The notes beneath the pieces were generated by a model. The model made no database searches. It saw only the letters and a list, made by a program, of their open reading frames with translations, and was not told the origin of the DNA. DNA of 64,000 bases, from positions 219,218-283,217 of the forward strand of contig CP170459.1 of assembly GCA_047947115.1 (NCBI GenBank), given 5' to 3'. Of the stretch, positions 8,129-17,513 are shown one piece after another. Each line of letters opens with the position of its first letter. Position 1 is the stretch's first letter. The DNA comes from Verrucomicrobiota bacterium (lineage in GTDB: Bacteria; Verrucomicrobiota; Verrucomicrobiia; Limisphaerales; AAA164-E04). The translations under genes and the position numbers were made by a program.

Positions 8129-10114
8129 TTACTTCGCAACGGCATTGGCGCTCGTGGCTGCCGAGGAAACCGGGCAGGCCTCAAGGGCTCGACGGACGGT
8201 CTCCTCAACGGTCAATCCGTATTTGTTCCGAAGATAGGAAACGGAGGTCGCATGCTCAATAAACTGATCCGGCCAACCGACACGCATCACGGGAGTGGTT
8301 ACACCCTTGTCTCCGAAGAGTTCCATCACGGATGAACCATATCCACCGGGGAGATTATGATCTTCCAAGGTAATGACCAAATCCGCTGCCTGTCCGTAGA
8401 AAAGGGTAGTGGCCTCATCAATGGGTTTGGTGAAACGGGGATTGATTACCGCCACATCGTAGTTCTTTTCGGCAAGGATGTCCGCCGCTTCACGTGCCAT
8501 GGAGTTGAGGTTGCCCAGACCGAACAAGGCAATTTTTGGACGATCATTGTTCTCAAAATTCCGGATCACTTCTGCCTTGCCGATTTCCAACATCTTAGGC
8601 TCTTCCTTCATCTCGACGCCTTCGGCCGCGCCGCGCGGGTAACGGATAAAGGTCGGATGTTTCGTATGCGTGCAAGTGAACATCATGTCAGCCAACTCGT
8701 CCTCATCCTTGGGAGCCATGGCAATGATGTTCGGCACACAACGCAGATAAGCGATGTCGAACAATCCATGGTGTGTCGGACCATCCTGCGCTGAAAGTCC
8801 TGCTCGATCCATACAAAAAATGACAGGCAAATCCTGCAAAGCAGCATCGTGAACGATGCAGTCAAATGCCCGCTGCATGAAGGAACTGTAAATGGCAACC
8901 ACCGGGTGCAATCCCATCGTGGCCATGCCGCATGCAAAGATCACCCCGTGCTCTTCGGCAATACCGACGTCATAATAACGTTCAGGCATGGCCTGCTCGA
9001 GGTGTTTGAGCCCGGTCCCGGTCGGCATGGCCGCGGTGATGCCCACCAAGGTGCTGTTTTTCTTGCAAAGTTTGACGAGCGTTTTTCCAAACACGTCCTG
9101 CCAGGCGGGTGGTCCGCTCTCGCCCTTGATGGCTGCGCCTGTCTTGATGTCGTAAGGCCCCACTCCGTGCAGTTTCTCAGGGTGGTTGACCGCTGCATCA
9201 TAGCCTTTGCCTTTCTGGGTCATGACGTGCAACACAATAGGTTGGTCGCAGGTCTTGGCAAACTCCAGGGCACCAATCAACATCGGCAGATTGTGCCCGT
9301 CAATCGGACCAAGGTAGCGCAGTCCCATTTCTTCAAAAATCAGGCTGCTCCCGAAACCTCCGCGGCCGTCGGCATCCACCTTGGATGTGGACTCTTCAAG
9401 GACCAGGTTGGAGACGGCTCCCTTGAGCACTTCCTCAGCTTTGTGACCGAGCTTGAGGGCCAGTTCACCCTTGGGCATTTTCTTGAGCAATCGCTGGAAG
9501 TCTTTCTGCAGGCGATTGTAGGAAGGATGGGTAATGAGCTTATTCAGGTAACTGGCGATGGCTCCGACATTCTTTGCAATCGACCATTCGTTGTCGTTCA
9601 GGATCCCGATAAATTTTTTGGTGGAATGCCCGATGTTGTTGAGAGCCTCAAAGGAAATCCCGTTGGTCAAGGCTGCGTCTCCAAAAATCGCCACCACGTT
9701 TTCATCGCTGCCACGTTGGTCACGTGCCACGGCAATCCCCAATGCTGCCGAGAGGGCGGTGCCGGCGTGGGCCGCTCCATAGCAGTCGTGCTCACTCTCG
9801 GTTCGCAGGGCAAACCCATTGAGACCATCCGTCGTCCGGATGGTGTCAAACCGGTCTTTGCGTCCCGTAAATAGTTTATGCACATAAGTTTGATGACTCA
9901 CGTCCCACACAAACTTATCGTGAGGGGTGCTAAAGCAACGATGCAGGGCGATCGTCAATTCCACCACGCCGAGGTTCGGGCCTAAATGACCACCGTGTTT
10001 GGCTAAACTGTGAATCAATTCCTGACGAACGTCATCCGCCAGGCTCTGCAATTGATCCAAAGTCAGTTTCTTAACGTGCTCCGGGCTGTCTACCATGTCC
10101 AAGTAACGACTCAT
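8129..10114 (-). CDS. dxs: 1-deoxy-D-xylulose-5-phosphate synthase
   Basis: The translation shows a full-length DXS pattern (MSRYLDMVDSPEHVKKLTLDQL..., GHLGPNLGVVELT, DVSHQTYVHKLFTGR, GDAALTNG, TPP and transketolase-like C-terminal blocks). I use the ATG at 10114. The longer ORF to 10249 would overlap xseB. Confidence 0.93.
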   Translation of the reverse strand: MSRYLDMVDSPEHVKKLTLDQLQSLADDVRQELIHSLAKHGGHLGPNLGVVELTIALHRCFSTPHDKFVWDVSHQTYVHKLFTGRKDRFDTIRTTDGLNGFALRTESEHDCYGAAHAGTALSAALGIAVARDQRGSDENVVAIFGDAALTNGISFEALNNIGHSTKKFIGILNDNEWSIAKNVGAIASYLNKLITHPSYNRLQKDFQRLLKKMPKGELALKLGHKAEEVLKGAVSNLVLEESTSKVDADGRGGFGSSLIFEEMGLRYLGPIDGHNLPMLIGALEFAKTCDQPIVLHVMTQKGKGYDAAVNHPEKLHGVGPYDIKTGAAIKGESGPPAWQDVFGKTLVKLCKKNSTLVGITAAMPTGTGLKHLEQAMPERYYDVGIAEEHGVIFACGMATMGLHPVVAIYSSFMQRAFDCIVHDAALQDLPVIFCMDRAGLSAQDGPTHHGLFDIAYLRCVPNIIAMAPKDEDELADMMFTCTHTKHPTFIRYPRGAAEGVEMKEEPKMLEIGKAEVIRNFENNDRPKIALFGLGNLNSMAREAADILAEKNYDVAVINPRFTKPIDEATTLFYGQAADLVITLEDHNLPGGYGSSVMELFGDKGVTTPVMRVGWPDQFIEHATSVSYLRNKYGLTVEETVRRALEACPVSSAATSANAVAK

Positions 10115-10140
10115 ATACGACTCAATTTCAAAGTGGGTGA

Positions 10141-10419
10141 TTATTCGGAATCTTCTTCCAGTGTCAATGGTTTGAGACCGAATTCGCCGTCTCCCTTTTT
10201 CTCCAATTGCTGAATCCGATCCTCCGCCAACTGCAGCTTTTTCTGACAAACCTGCTGAAGCTGAACGCCTTTCTCATGAAATTCGAGTAATTTTTCCAGG
10301 GGCAATGACTCGTTTTCCATGGCATCCACAATCGTTTCCAGCTGATTCAACGCGTCCTCGAATGATAGTTCATCCAGGGCTTCCGTCTCTTTTTCCTTCG
10401 TTTTGGGTGCTTTGGCCAC
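10141..10419 (-). CDS. xseB: Exodeoxyribonuclease VII small subunit
   Basis: The sequence LSFEDALNQLETIVDAMENESLPLEKLLEFHEKGVQLQQVCQKKL is typical of XseB. It lies immediately upstream of dxs. Confidence 0.85.
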   Translation of the reverse strand: MAKAPKTKEKETEALDELSFEDALNQLETIVDAMENESLPLEKLLEFHEKGVQLQQVCQKKLQLAEDRIQQLEKKGDGEFGLKPLTLEEDSE

Positions 10420-10530
10420 AGGCGGACCCTATCTCAGAACACCGTTGCCGTCCACCAAGTTTCTACATAGTGAATATTCCTTTCTCATTGCCTGTCGAAC
10501 GAACTTGAGGCAGTTTGAGGCAGATTCCAG

Positions 10531-13500
10531 ATGATTTTAAACATGAGGTTCCAAACAACATGTCAGTCGGTCTTCAGGGATTCATGGTCTTTCGGGACGT
10601 GGATCCTTGGATTGCTGTCGGTGGGGCAAGTGGCCCTGTCGGCGGAAACGAAGATCGAGTTCAATCGCGACATCCGACCCATCCTTTCCGGCAATTGCTA
10701 TGAATGCCACGGTCCGGACGCCGCCCAACGCAAGGGTGGCAACGATGGATTACGCCTGGACACCCAAGCCGGAGCGTTCGAGGATCTAGGGGGTGGCGCC
10801 GCCATCTTACCGGGAGATCCGGAAGCCAGCCTCCTCATTCAACGCATCATTACGCAGGATCCGGATGACAAGATGCCCCCGCCCGAATCCGGCAAGCAAA
10901 TCAGTGATGCTGAACTCGACGCCCTCAAAGAGTGGATCCAACAAGGCGCCCCCTACCAGGGCCATTGGGCCTATGAAGTTCCCAAACGGCCACAGCCTCC
11001 CGAACCAGTGAGCAACTCTTCAAAAGTGGTCAATGCCATCGATCAATTCATCCTGGCAGCGGCACAGAAAGAAGGACTGCAACAATCACCTCAAGCCGAA
11101 CGCTACGCACTGGCCCGCAGAGCGGCACTGGACCTCACCGGCCTGCCTCCTACGGTTGAGGAGGCTGATGCCTTCGCGGCAGACACCGATGTACAGGCGT
11201 ATGAAAAATACATCGACCACCTTTTGGAAAAGGACGCATTCGGGGAACACTGGGCCAGGGCTTGGCTGGACCAGGCCCGCTATGCGGATTCGGCGGGATA
11301 TGCCGACGACCCTCCCCGCACCATCTGGGGCTACCGGGATTATGTCATCCAGTCCTTCAATAAAAACAAACCCTTCGATCAATTCACCATCGAACAACTC
11401 GCCGGGGATTTGCTGGAAAACCCGGGCGACGAGCAATTGGTCGCCACCGCGTTCCACCGCAACACCATGACCAACAGCGAAGGAGGAACAGATGATGAAG
11501 AGTTTCGCAATGTCGCCGTCGTGGATCGCGTGACGACAACCTGGGCGGTCTGGATGGGCACCACCATGACTTGTGCCCAATGCCACAACCACAAATACGA
11601 CCCCATTTCCCAGGAAGATTTTTTCAAGTTCTTTGCGCTCCTCAACCAGACAGCGGATGCAGATCGACGCGATGAACGACCGCTCGTCGAACTTTTCACC
11701 GAGGAACAAAAGGCCCATCGCAAGTCTTTGGAATCCGGACGCGAACAGCTGAAAGAGATCCTGGCCACCCCAACCGCCGAACTTCTCACAGCCAAACGCG
11801 AATGGGAAACAATGCTTGGAACTCCCCCGAATTGGCACCCCTTGCCCCCTTCCAACATGTCTTCTTCGAACGGGACGCAACTTTCCCAAGGAGCCCATTC
11901 AGTGATCACAGCTAAAAACGGCAAAGGAAACGACCGTTACACAATCGAATTCACCTTCGAAAAGGACAGCACATTCACCGGACTGAAGCTCGAAGCGCTG
12001 ACGGATGCAACCTTGCCAAAGCAGGGCCCTGGCATGTCGGATGGACAATTTGTCCTGACCGATTTGAACGCAAAAATCATCCCGCCTTCCGGCACCAGCA
12101 TGCAGGGACAATTCGTTCGGGTAAGTCTGAAAGGCGGCAACAAGATCCTGTCACTGGCTGAAGTCCAGGTATTCCAAGGTGAAGAGAACCTGGCTCGCAA
12201 GGGCAAAGCCACTCAAAGCACCACCGATTTCGGCGGGCCGCCCGAATTGGCCATTGACGGCAACACCAACGGTCATTTCAGTGAAGCCAAGAGCACCACG
12301 CACACTTCCATATCTTCCGATCCCTGGTGGGAACTGGATCTCGGAAAGTCTCAGTCCATCGACCGCATTGCCATCTGGAATCGAACGGATGGCAATATCC
12401 AAGACCGCCTGAACGGAGCACTCGTCGAACTGTTGGATGCGGATCGAAAAGTGGTCTGGACTAAAACGCTCAACCCTGCCCCTGAAGTCAGTGCGGCGTT
12501 TGAGCTGGATGGGTCCCAATCCATTCAATTCAGTGCCGCACACGCCGATTTCTCACAATCAGGCTTGCACGCTTCCAATCTGATCAAAAAGGAAAAATCA
12601 AACGGATGGGGCATCGCACCTCGTGTAGGGGAATCACATCAGTTGACCCTGCTCGCAGCATCCACTGCACAGATCCCTGCCGGAAGCCGCCTGTCCGTCG
12701 AGCTGGTGCATGAATCGGAACAAGACAACGCAAAACTGGGAGCCTTTCGACTATCCATGACCAGCGATTCACAGGCGGTCGAACTGGCGCAGACTCCTTT
12801 GACGATTACCGGTCTGATCAATACCCCGCCAGAGGACCGAACGACCTCCGACGAAAAGCGTCTGGTGGACTATTACCTGACCATCGCCCCAAGTCTCGAT
12901 GACGAACGCAATCGACTGGCTGAAATCGAAAGGGAAATAAAGGAAATAAAACCCTACACCACCGTTCCGGTCCTTCAGGCGCTTGCCCCCGACAAACAAC
13001 GTGAAACAAGAATTCAACGGAGAGGCAATTTTCTGGATCTGGGGGACTTGGTGGAACCGGGGTTGCCTGAGATCTTTGAACAAAACCTGGATCAAAAACC
13101 GACGGATCGCCTGAGCATGGCCCGCTGGTTGGTGAGCCGGGAAAATCCATTGACCGCTCGAGTCCTGGTCAATCGCATGTGGGAAAGCATGTTTGGAATC
13201 GGACTGGTCCGCAGCAGCGAAGAATTCGGAGCGCAAGGCGACCTGCCCTCGCATCCGGAACTGCTTGATTGGCTGGCTGTCGAGTTCATGGACAGTGGAT
13301 GGGATTTCAAACACATGCTCAAACTAATGGTGACCTCTGCAACCTACCGCCAGAGTTCAAGGGTAACACCTGAACTGTTGGAACAGGACCCGGACAACCG
13401 TTGGCTGGCTCGCGGCCCGAGGGTCCGTCTCTCGGCTGAATCGATTCGAGACCAGGCATTGTTCGTCAGTGGATTGCTCAGCGACAAAATGTATGGATCC

Positions 13501-14043
13501 TCCGTCAACCCGCCTCAACCCGAAATGGGCTTGAACGCTGCGTTCGGCGGGAAGATAGACTGGAAAACCAGCGAAGGAGAGGAGAGATACCGACGCGGCC
13601 TCTACACCACCTGGCGGCGTTCGAACCCCTACCCCTCCATGGCAACGTTCGATGCGCCCAACCGCGAAGTCTGCATCCTGAAACGCGACCGCAGCAACAC
13701 ACCGCTGCAGGCCCTGGTCACTTTGAATGATCCCGCGTTTGTGGAAACAGCACAGGCCCTGGCACGCCGCATGACCCAAGCCGCCTCGCATCCGGAAGGA
13801 CGCGTCGAATACGGTTTCAGAACATGCCTGACCCGTTTACCATCGGAAGCGGAAAAACGTGAACTGCTGAAGCTCTACACCGAAGCATATGCTGCTTATG
13901 TGGACCAGCCGCAAGAAGCACGATTGATGATCGAAAAACCGCTTGGGGAAGCACCCGAAGGAGCAGACGTTCGCGAACTGGCCGCTTGGTCGGTCGTCGC
14001 CAACGTGCTGTTGAATCTGGACGAAACCCTGATGAAACGATAA
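10531..14043 (+). CDS. PSCyt1 (CxxCH) + DUF1549 + F5/8-type-C (discoidin)-like insert + DUF1553/PSD1 protein
   Basis: Motifs are CYECHGPDAAQRKGG.LRLD and DKMPPP. The DUF1549 block is NAIDQFILAAAQKEGLQQSP...LDLTGLPPT. The DUF1553 block is CAQCHNHKYDPISQEDFF. The central segment LAIDGNTNGHFSEAKSTTHTSISSDPWWELDLGKSQSIDRIAIWNR is discoidin-like. Confidence 0.85.
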   Translation: MILNMRFQTTCQSVFRDSWSFGTWILGLLSVGQVALSAETKIEFNRDIRPILSGNCYECHGPDAAQRKGGNDGLRLDTQAGAFEDLGGGAAILPGDPEASLLIQRIITQDPDDKMPPPESGKQISDAELDALKEWIQQGAPYQGHWAYEVPKRPQPPEPVSNSSKVVNAIDQFILAAAQKEGLQQSPQAERYALARRAALDLTGLPPTVEEADAFAADTDVQAYEKYIDHLLEKDAFGEHWARAWLDQARYADSAGYADDPPRTIWGYRDYVIQSFNKNKPFDQFTIEQLAGDLLENPGDEQLVATAFHRNTMTNSEGGTDDEEFRNVAVVDRVTTTWAVWMGTTMTCAQCHNHKYDPISQEDFFKFFALLNQTADADRRDERPLVELFTEEQKAHRKSLESGREQLKEILATPTAELLTAKREWETMLGTPPNWHPLPPSNMSSSNGTQLSQGAHSVITAKNGKGNDRYTIEFTFEKDSTFTGLKLEALTDATLPKQGPGMSDGQFVLTDLNAKIIPPSGTSMQGQFVRVSLKGGNKILSLAEVQVFQGEENLARKGKATQSTTDFGGPPELAIDGNTNGHFSEAKSTTHTSISSDPWWELDLGKSQSIDRIAIWNRTDGNIQDRLNGALVELLDADRKVVWTKTLNPAPEVSAAFELDGSQSIQFSAAHADFSQSGLHASNLIKKEKSNGWGIAPRVGESHQLTLLAASTAQIPAGSRLSVELVHESEQDNAKLGAFRLSMTSDSQAVELAQTPLTITGLINTPPEDRTTSDEKRLVDYYLTIAPSLDDERNRLAEIEREIKEIKPYTTVPVLQALAPDKQRETRIQRRGNFLDLGDLVEPGLPEIFEQNLDQKPTDRLSMARWLVSRENPLTARVLVNRMWESMFGIGLVRSSEEFGAQGDLPSHPELLDWLAVEFMDSGWDFKHMLKLMVTSATYRQSSRVTPELLEQDPDNRWLARGPRVRLSAESIRDQALFVSGLLSDKMYGSSVNPPQPEMGLNAAFGGKIDWKTSEGEERYRRGLYTTWRRSNPYPSMATFDAPNREVCILKRDRSNTPLQALVTLNDPAFVETAQALARRMTQAASHPEGRVEYGFRTCLTRLPSEAEKRELLKLYTEAYAAYVDQPQEARLMIEKPLGEAPEGADVRELAAWSVVANVLLNLDETLMKR

Positions 14044-14066
14044 CCGAAAAACCTGATTTCAAACTT

Positions 14067-15539
14067 ATGGGCAACGAAACACCACTGAACCCCGCGCTGG
14101 AATACCTGCAGCATCGCACCCGTCGTCATTTCTTCAAGGAATCGGCAGCCGGCATCGGCGCCATGGCACTGTCCGAACTGCTGTCCCAGGACACCAACGC
14201 AGCCGGATCGACAGCGATTGAAAATCCTTTACGCCTCAAGTCACCGCACTTTGCGCCAAAGGCCAAACAGGTGATCTACCTGCACCTCACCGGTTCCCCG
14301 CCCCATCTCGACCTGTTCGATTACAAACCCGAACTCGTCAAGCGGAACGACCAGGATTGCCCTGACGATTTTCTCAAAGGAAAACGATTTGCATTCACCT
14401 CCGGCGTTCCAAAACTGATGGGAACCCCCAGAACGTTCAAACGCTACGGCAAAGGCGGCGTCTGGCTTTCTGATGCATTGCCCAACCTGCAGAAGGTGGC
14501 GGACGAACTCTGCGTGATCAAGTCCATGCACACCGATCAATTCAATCACGCACCCGCCGAATTGTTGATCTACACCGGTTCTCCCCGCCCCGGGAGACCT
14601 TCCATCGGTTCCTGGGCGACCTATGGCCTGGGCACTGAAAACCAGAACCTGCCCGGATTTGTGGTGTTGATCTCCAGCGGAGTCCAACCCAACGGTGGAC
14701 GCAACTCCTATGGCAGCGGTTTTCTGCCCTCGGTGTACCAGGGAGTGCAATGTCGTTCAAAAGGAGATCCCGTGCTGTTCGCTTCCGATCCAGCAGGCCT
14801 CCCCCGCGACCTTCGACGTAAGAGTCTGGACACACTGAATGCACTGAACGCCATGCAGGCGGACGAACTCGGTCACCCCGAAACCCTGACCCGCATGTCC
14901 CAATACGAACTCGCCTTCCGCATGCAGACCTCGGTTCCGGACGTCATGGATATTTCCAAAGAAAAACAAACCACTCTGGAAGACTATGGAGCGGAGGCAG
15001 GAGCAGCCAGTTTTGCCAACAATTGCCTTTTGGCCCGCCGTTTGGTCGAACAAGGTGTGCGCTATGTTCAGCTCTTCGACTGGGGATGGGATTTCCACGG
15101 CACCGGCCCCAACGAAGATATCCGTGACGGACTCACACGCAAGTGCGCCACCATGGAAAAACCCGTCGCTGCCTTGATCCGCGACCTCAAACAACGCGGC
15201 ATGCTGGACGAAACACTCATCGTGCTCGGCGGCGAATTCGGCCGCACCCCCTTCCGTGAAGGCCGCACCGCCAAAGGGAACATCCTTGGCCGCGATCATT
15301 TTCCTGATTGCTATTCCATGATGCTGGCAGGCGGTGGCATCAAAGGAGGCATGATGTATGGAGCATCGGACGAACTCGGGTTCAGCGTCGCTGAAAACCC
15401 AGTGCACGTCCACGACCTGCAGGCCACCATCCTGAACCAGCTCGGATTCAACCACGAACGGCTTACATTCCGATTCCAGGGCCGCGACTACCGCCTCACC
15501 GACGTCGCCGGCGAAGTCGTCAAACCCATCCTGGCATAG
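14067..15539 (+). CDS. DUF1501 family protein (sulfatase/alkaline-phosphatase-like fold, TAT-type signal)
   Basis: Motifs are HRTRRHFFKESAAGIGAMAL, the block from SGFLPSVYQG to GGEFGRTP, and RDH. It is the canonical partner downstream of a DUF1549/DUF1553 gene. I use the ATG at 14067, after the upstream stop. Confidence 0.85.
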   Translation: MGNETPLNPALEYLQHRTRRHFFKESAAGIGAMALSELLSQDTNAAGSTAIENPLRLKSPHFAPKAKQVIYLHLTGSPPHLDLFDYKPELVKRNDQDCPDDFLKGKRFAFTSGVPKLMGTPRTFKRYGKGGVWLSDALPNLQKVADELCVIKSMHTDQFNHAPAELLIYTGSPRPGRPSIGSWATYGLGTENQNLPGFVVLISSGVQPNGGRNSYGSGFLPSVYQGVQCRSKGDPVLFASDPAGLPRDLRRKSLDTLNALNAMQADELGHPETLTRMSQYELAFRMQTSVPDVMDISKEKQTTLEDYGAEAGAASFANNCLLARRLVEQGVRYVQLFDWGWDFHGTGPNEDIRDGLTRKCATMEKPVAALIRDLKQRGMLDETLIVLGGEFGRTPFREGRTAKGNILGRDHFPDCYSMMLAGGGIKGGMMYGASDELGFSVAENPVHVHDLQATILNQLGFNHERLTFRFQGRDYRLTDVAGEVVKPILA

Positions 15540-15672
15540 TCACCTCACGTGCAAAATCACGGCCAATTGAAACCCGGACGGCTCAAAACCGCCAACGCGT
15601 ACAACCACTGCCTTCAGGGCTTTGGTTGACGAGTGATTGAAAACATCCGGCAAGCGGAGCGGTTTCAGGTTT

Positions 15673-17187
15673 TCACAATAATGGATTTAACTTCTCGGCA
15701 AGCTTGTTCTTCAAATCCTGGCTGAACCCGACAATGACATCCCGCACCGTCCCGTCTCGATCAACAATCAACATCGTCGGCAGCCCGCGCACAAGACAGA
15801 CATCTTTGAACGCGTCACTGCCATAGGTGAACGTGTAGGTGTAGCCGTTTTTCCTGGCATAGGATCTGGCGGTCTTTGGAGAGTTGGTGACGTTGCCTTC
15901 TCCATCTCTTTCGGAGGTATTGGCACCGATCACCATCAAACCTCGTTCTGAATACTCCTCATGCAGTGCCTGCAACACTGGAGAAGCCGCCAGACAGGGT
16001 CCACACCAACTCGCCCAGAAATCAATCAACAAAACCTTGCCGGAAACGTTCGCGCTGGTCAGTTCCGTGCCGTCGATCACGGACAGTTTAAAGTCGGCTA
16101 ACGGTTTGCCTATAAGGGATTCCGGCCCGGGTCCTTCCGGTGGCGCAGCAACATTGGGTTTCACCGCCACCAGCGGAATGCTCTTGACGGCCGCGGATTG
16201 CCCGGCTCGCTGTGCTTGGCTTGCGGCAGTCATCATGGGCACCCCCGGCACAACCACGGACGGGACTTGATCAACCCTCTCAGCCAGTTTTTGTGAACCC
16301 TCCCCCGCCGCGATTCCGAGCAAAGCACGGATCGAGTGAAGCGAGACACAATTCTTAACCACCATTTGAGAAGGCCCCTTGTCCTGTTTCTCTCCTTCTC
16401 CATTCCGGGGTTTGGTGCCGTGATAGTAAATGGTATCCGTGCTAGATACCATGCCGACCACCTCCCCTTGATCGTTGAGGACCGGACCACCGGATGACCC
16501 TCGGGCGTAATCGGCGGTAATCGACATCCAAATGGAAGGTGATCCCCCTCCGTGCCCGTGTCTGGAAAACAAGCGAGACACGTGGCCGGATGTATAAGTG
16601 TAAAAACGGTGGTCCTGATGACTGATCACGTGAACGCCATCTCCCACACCCACAGCGGTGGCAACAGGCAACGGCACAAATCCCCGCCCTCTGACTCGAA
16701 ACACGGCAACGTCCGCCGAACGGTTAGCCGACTCCACCTTCACAATCTCCTCAAACCTTCCGTCAAAAGTCAAAATACCGAACGCCTCGCTATCCGATTT
16801 TTCGAAAACATGATTGTTGGTTACCATCAAACCATCCGACGAAAGCACCCACCCCGTCGCCACCCTGCCGAGATGCCATTGATCGCAATGATCACATTTG
16901 AAAACCGACCCAACCAGCACCACGCTCTGCACTTGGGCATCGTAATCCAACTTGTCTCCCGAATTGGCCCGAAGTGGCTCGAAATTTAACTCCATTCCCA
17001 GGGAAGCTTCCAACTGATCTGTCAAATCGTTTCCAGTGACATGATCCGCACGCTCAGCAACATCAATGAGGGATCGATGCAGCCTCCCCATGAGAACCGA
17101 ATCATTGATGACAGGCGAAGCGGCCATGCCGGAGCAGGCGACGAGCAGGAACAGCACGTATTGTAAAATTCTCAGTGTTTTCATCAT
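15673..17187 (-). CDS. Fusion protein: secreted trypsin-like (S1/S1C) serine protease domain + TlpA/ResA-like thioredoxin domain
   Basis: The signal-like N-terminus is MMKTLRILQYVLFLLVACSG. Catalytic triad contexts are TNNHVF, DVAVFRV and GSSGGPVLNDQGEVVGMV. The C-terminus has LIDFWASWCGPCLAASPVL and GLPTMLIVDRDG. Confidence 0.8.
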   Translation of the reverse strand: MMKTLRILQYVLFLLVACSGMAASPVINDSVLMGRLHRSLIDVAERADHVTGNDLTDQLEASLGMELNFEPLRANSGDKLDYDAQVQSVVLVGSVFKCDHCDQWHLGRVATGWVLSSDGLMVTNNHVFEKSDSEAFGILTFDGRFEEIVKVESANRSADVAVFRVRGRGFVPLPVATAVGVGDGVHVISHQDHRFYTYTSGHVSRLFSRHGHGGGSPSIWMSITADYARGSSGGPVLNDQGEVVGMVSSTDTIYYHGTKPRNGEGEKQDKGPSQMVVKNCVSLHSIRALLGIAAGEGSQKLAERVDQVPSVVVPGVPMMTAASQAQRAGQSAAVKSIPLVAVKPNVAAPPEGPGPESLIGKPLADFKLSVIDGTELTSANVSGKVLLIDFWASWCGPCLAASPVLQALHEEYSERGLMVIGANTSERDGEGNVTNSPKTARSYARKNGYTYTFTYGSDAFKDVCLVRGLPTMLIVDRDGTVRDVIVGFSQDLKNKLAEKLNPLL

Positions 17188-17513
17188 GTCTGGACGGATT
17201 TGACTGTATCTCCCCCCCTCATTCACAGAATGGATGATCCAGGGAATGAGACGCGCAAGGTCCCATGAGATACCAGCCGACCTCCATCCTCTCATTTCAC
17301 TGACTATACGGAAAGCCTTATGTAGTACCACCCAGACAATGGATCCGGATCAGAGCAGTTGGAAAACACGTTGATTTTGGTTAGGATGCGCTGCTGCAGG
17401 TCTGCCCACAATGCCATTCAAAGCTTCAAAGGGTTCGTTGCTCAAAACACAATTTTGTCTAAGTTATGTTTATTTTTATTTGACATTAATTAGACAAGCA
17501 GCATTGTAGGGAC

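Noticed and set aside
10115-10249. An N-terminal extension of the dxs ORF (MSEKAAVGGGSD...) overlapping xseB.
   Set aside because: The conserved DXS N-terminus begins at the internal Met (MSRYLDMV...). The extension would overlap xseB by more than 100 nt and looks non-protein-like.
17478-17513. Sigma-70-like promoter (TTGACA-N17-ATTGTA) upstream of the PQQ-propeller gene, and a similar TTATTTGACA at 60404-60415.
   Set aside because: The -35 boxes are good but the -10 hexamers are poor. PVC promoter consensus is not well enough known to me to support a feature call.
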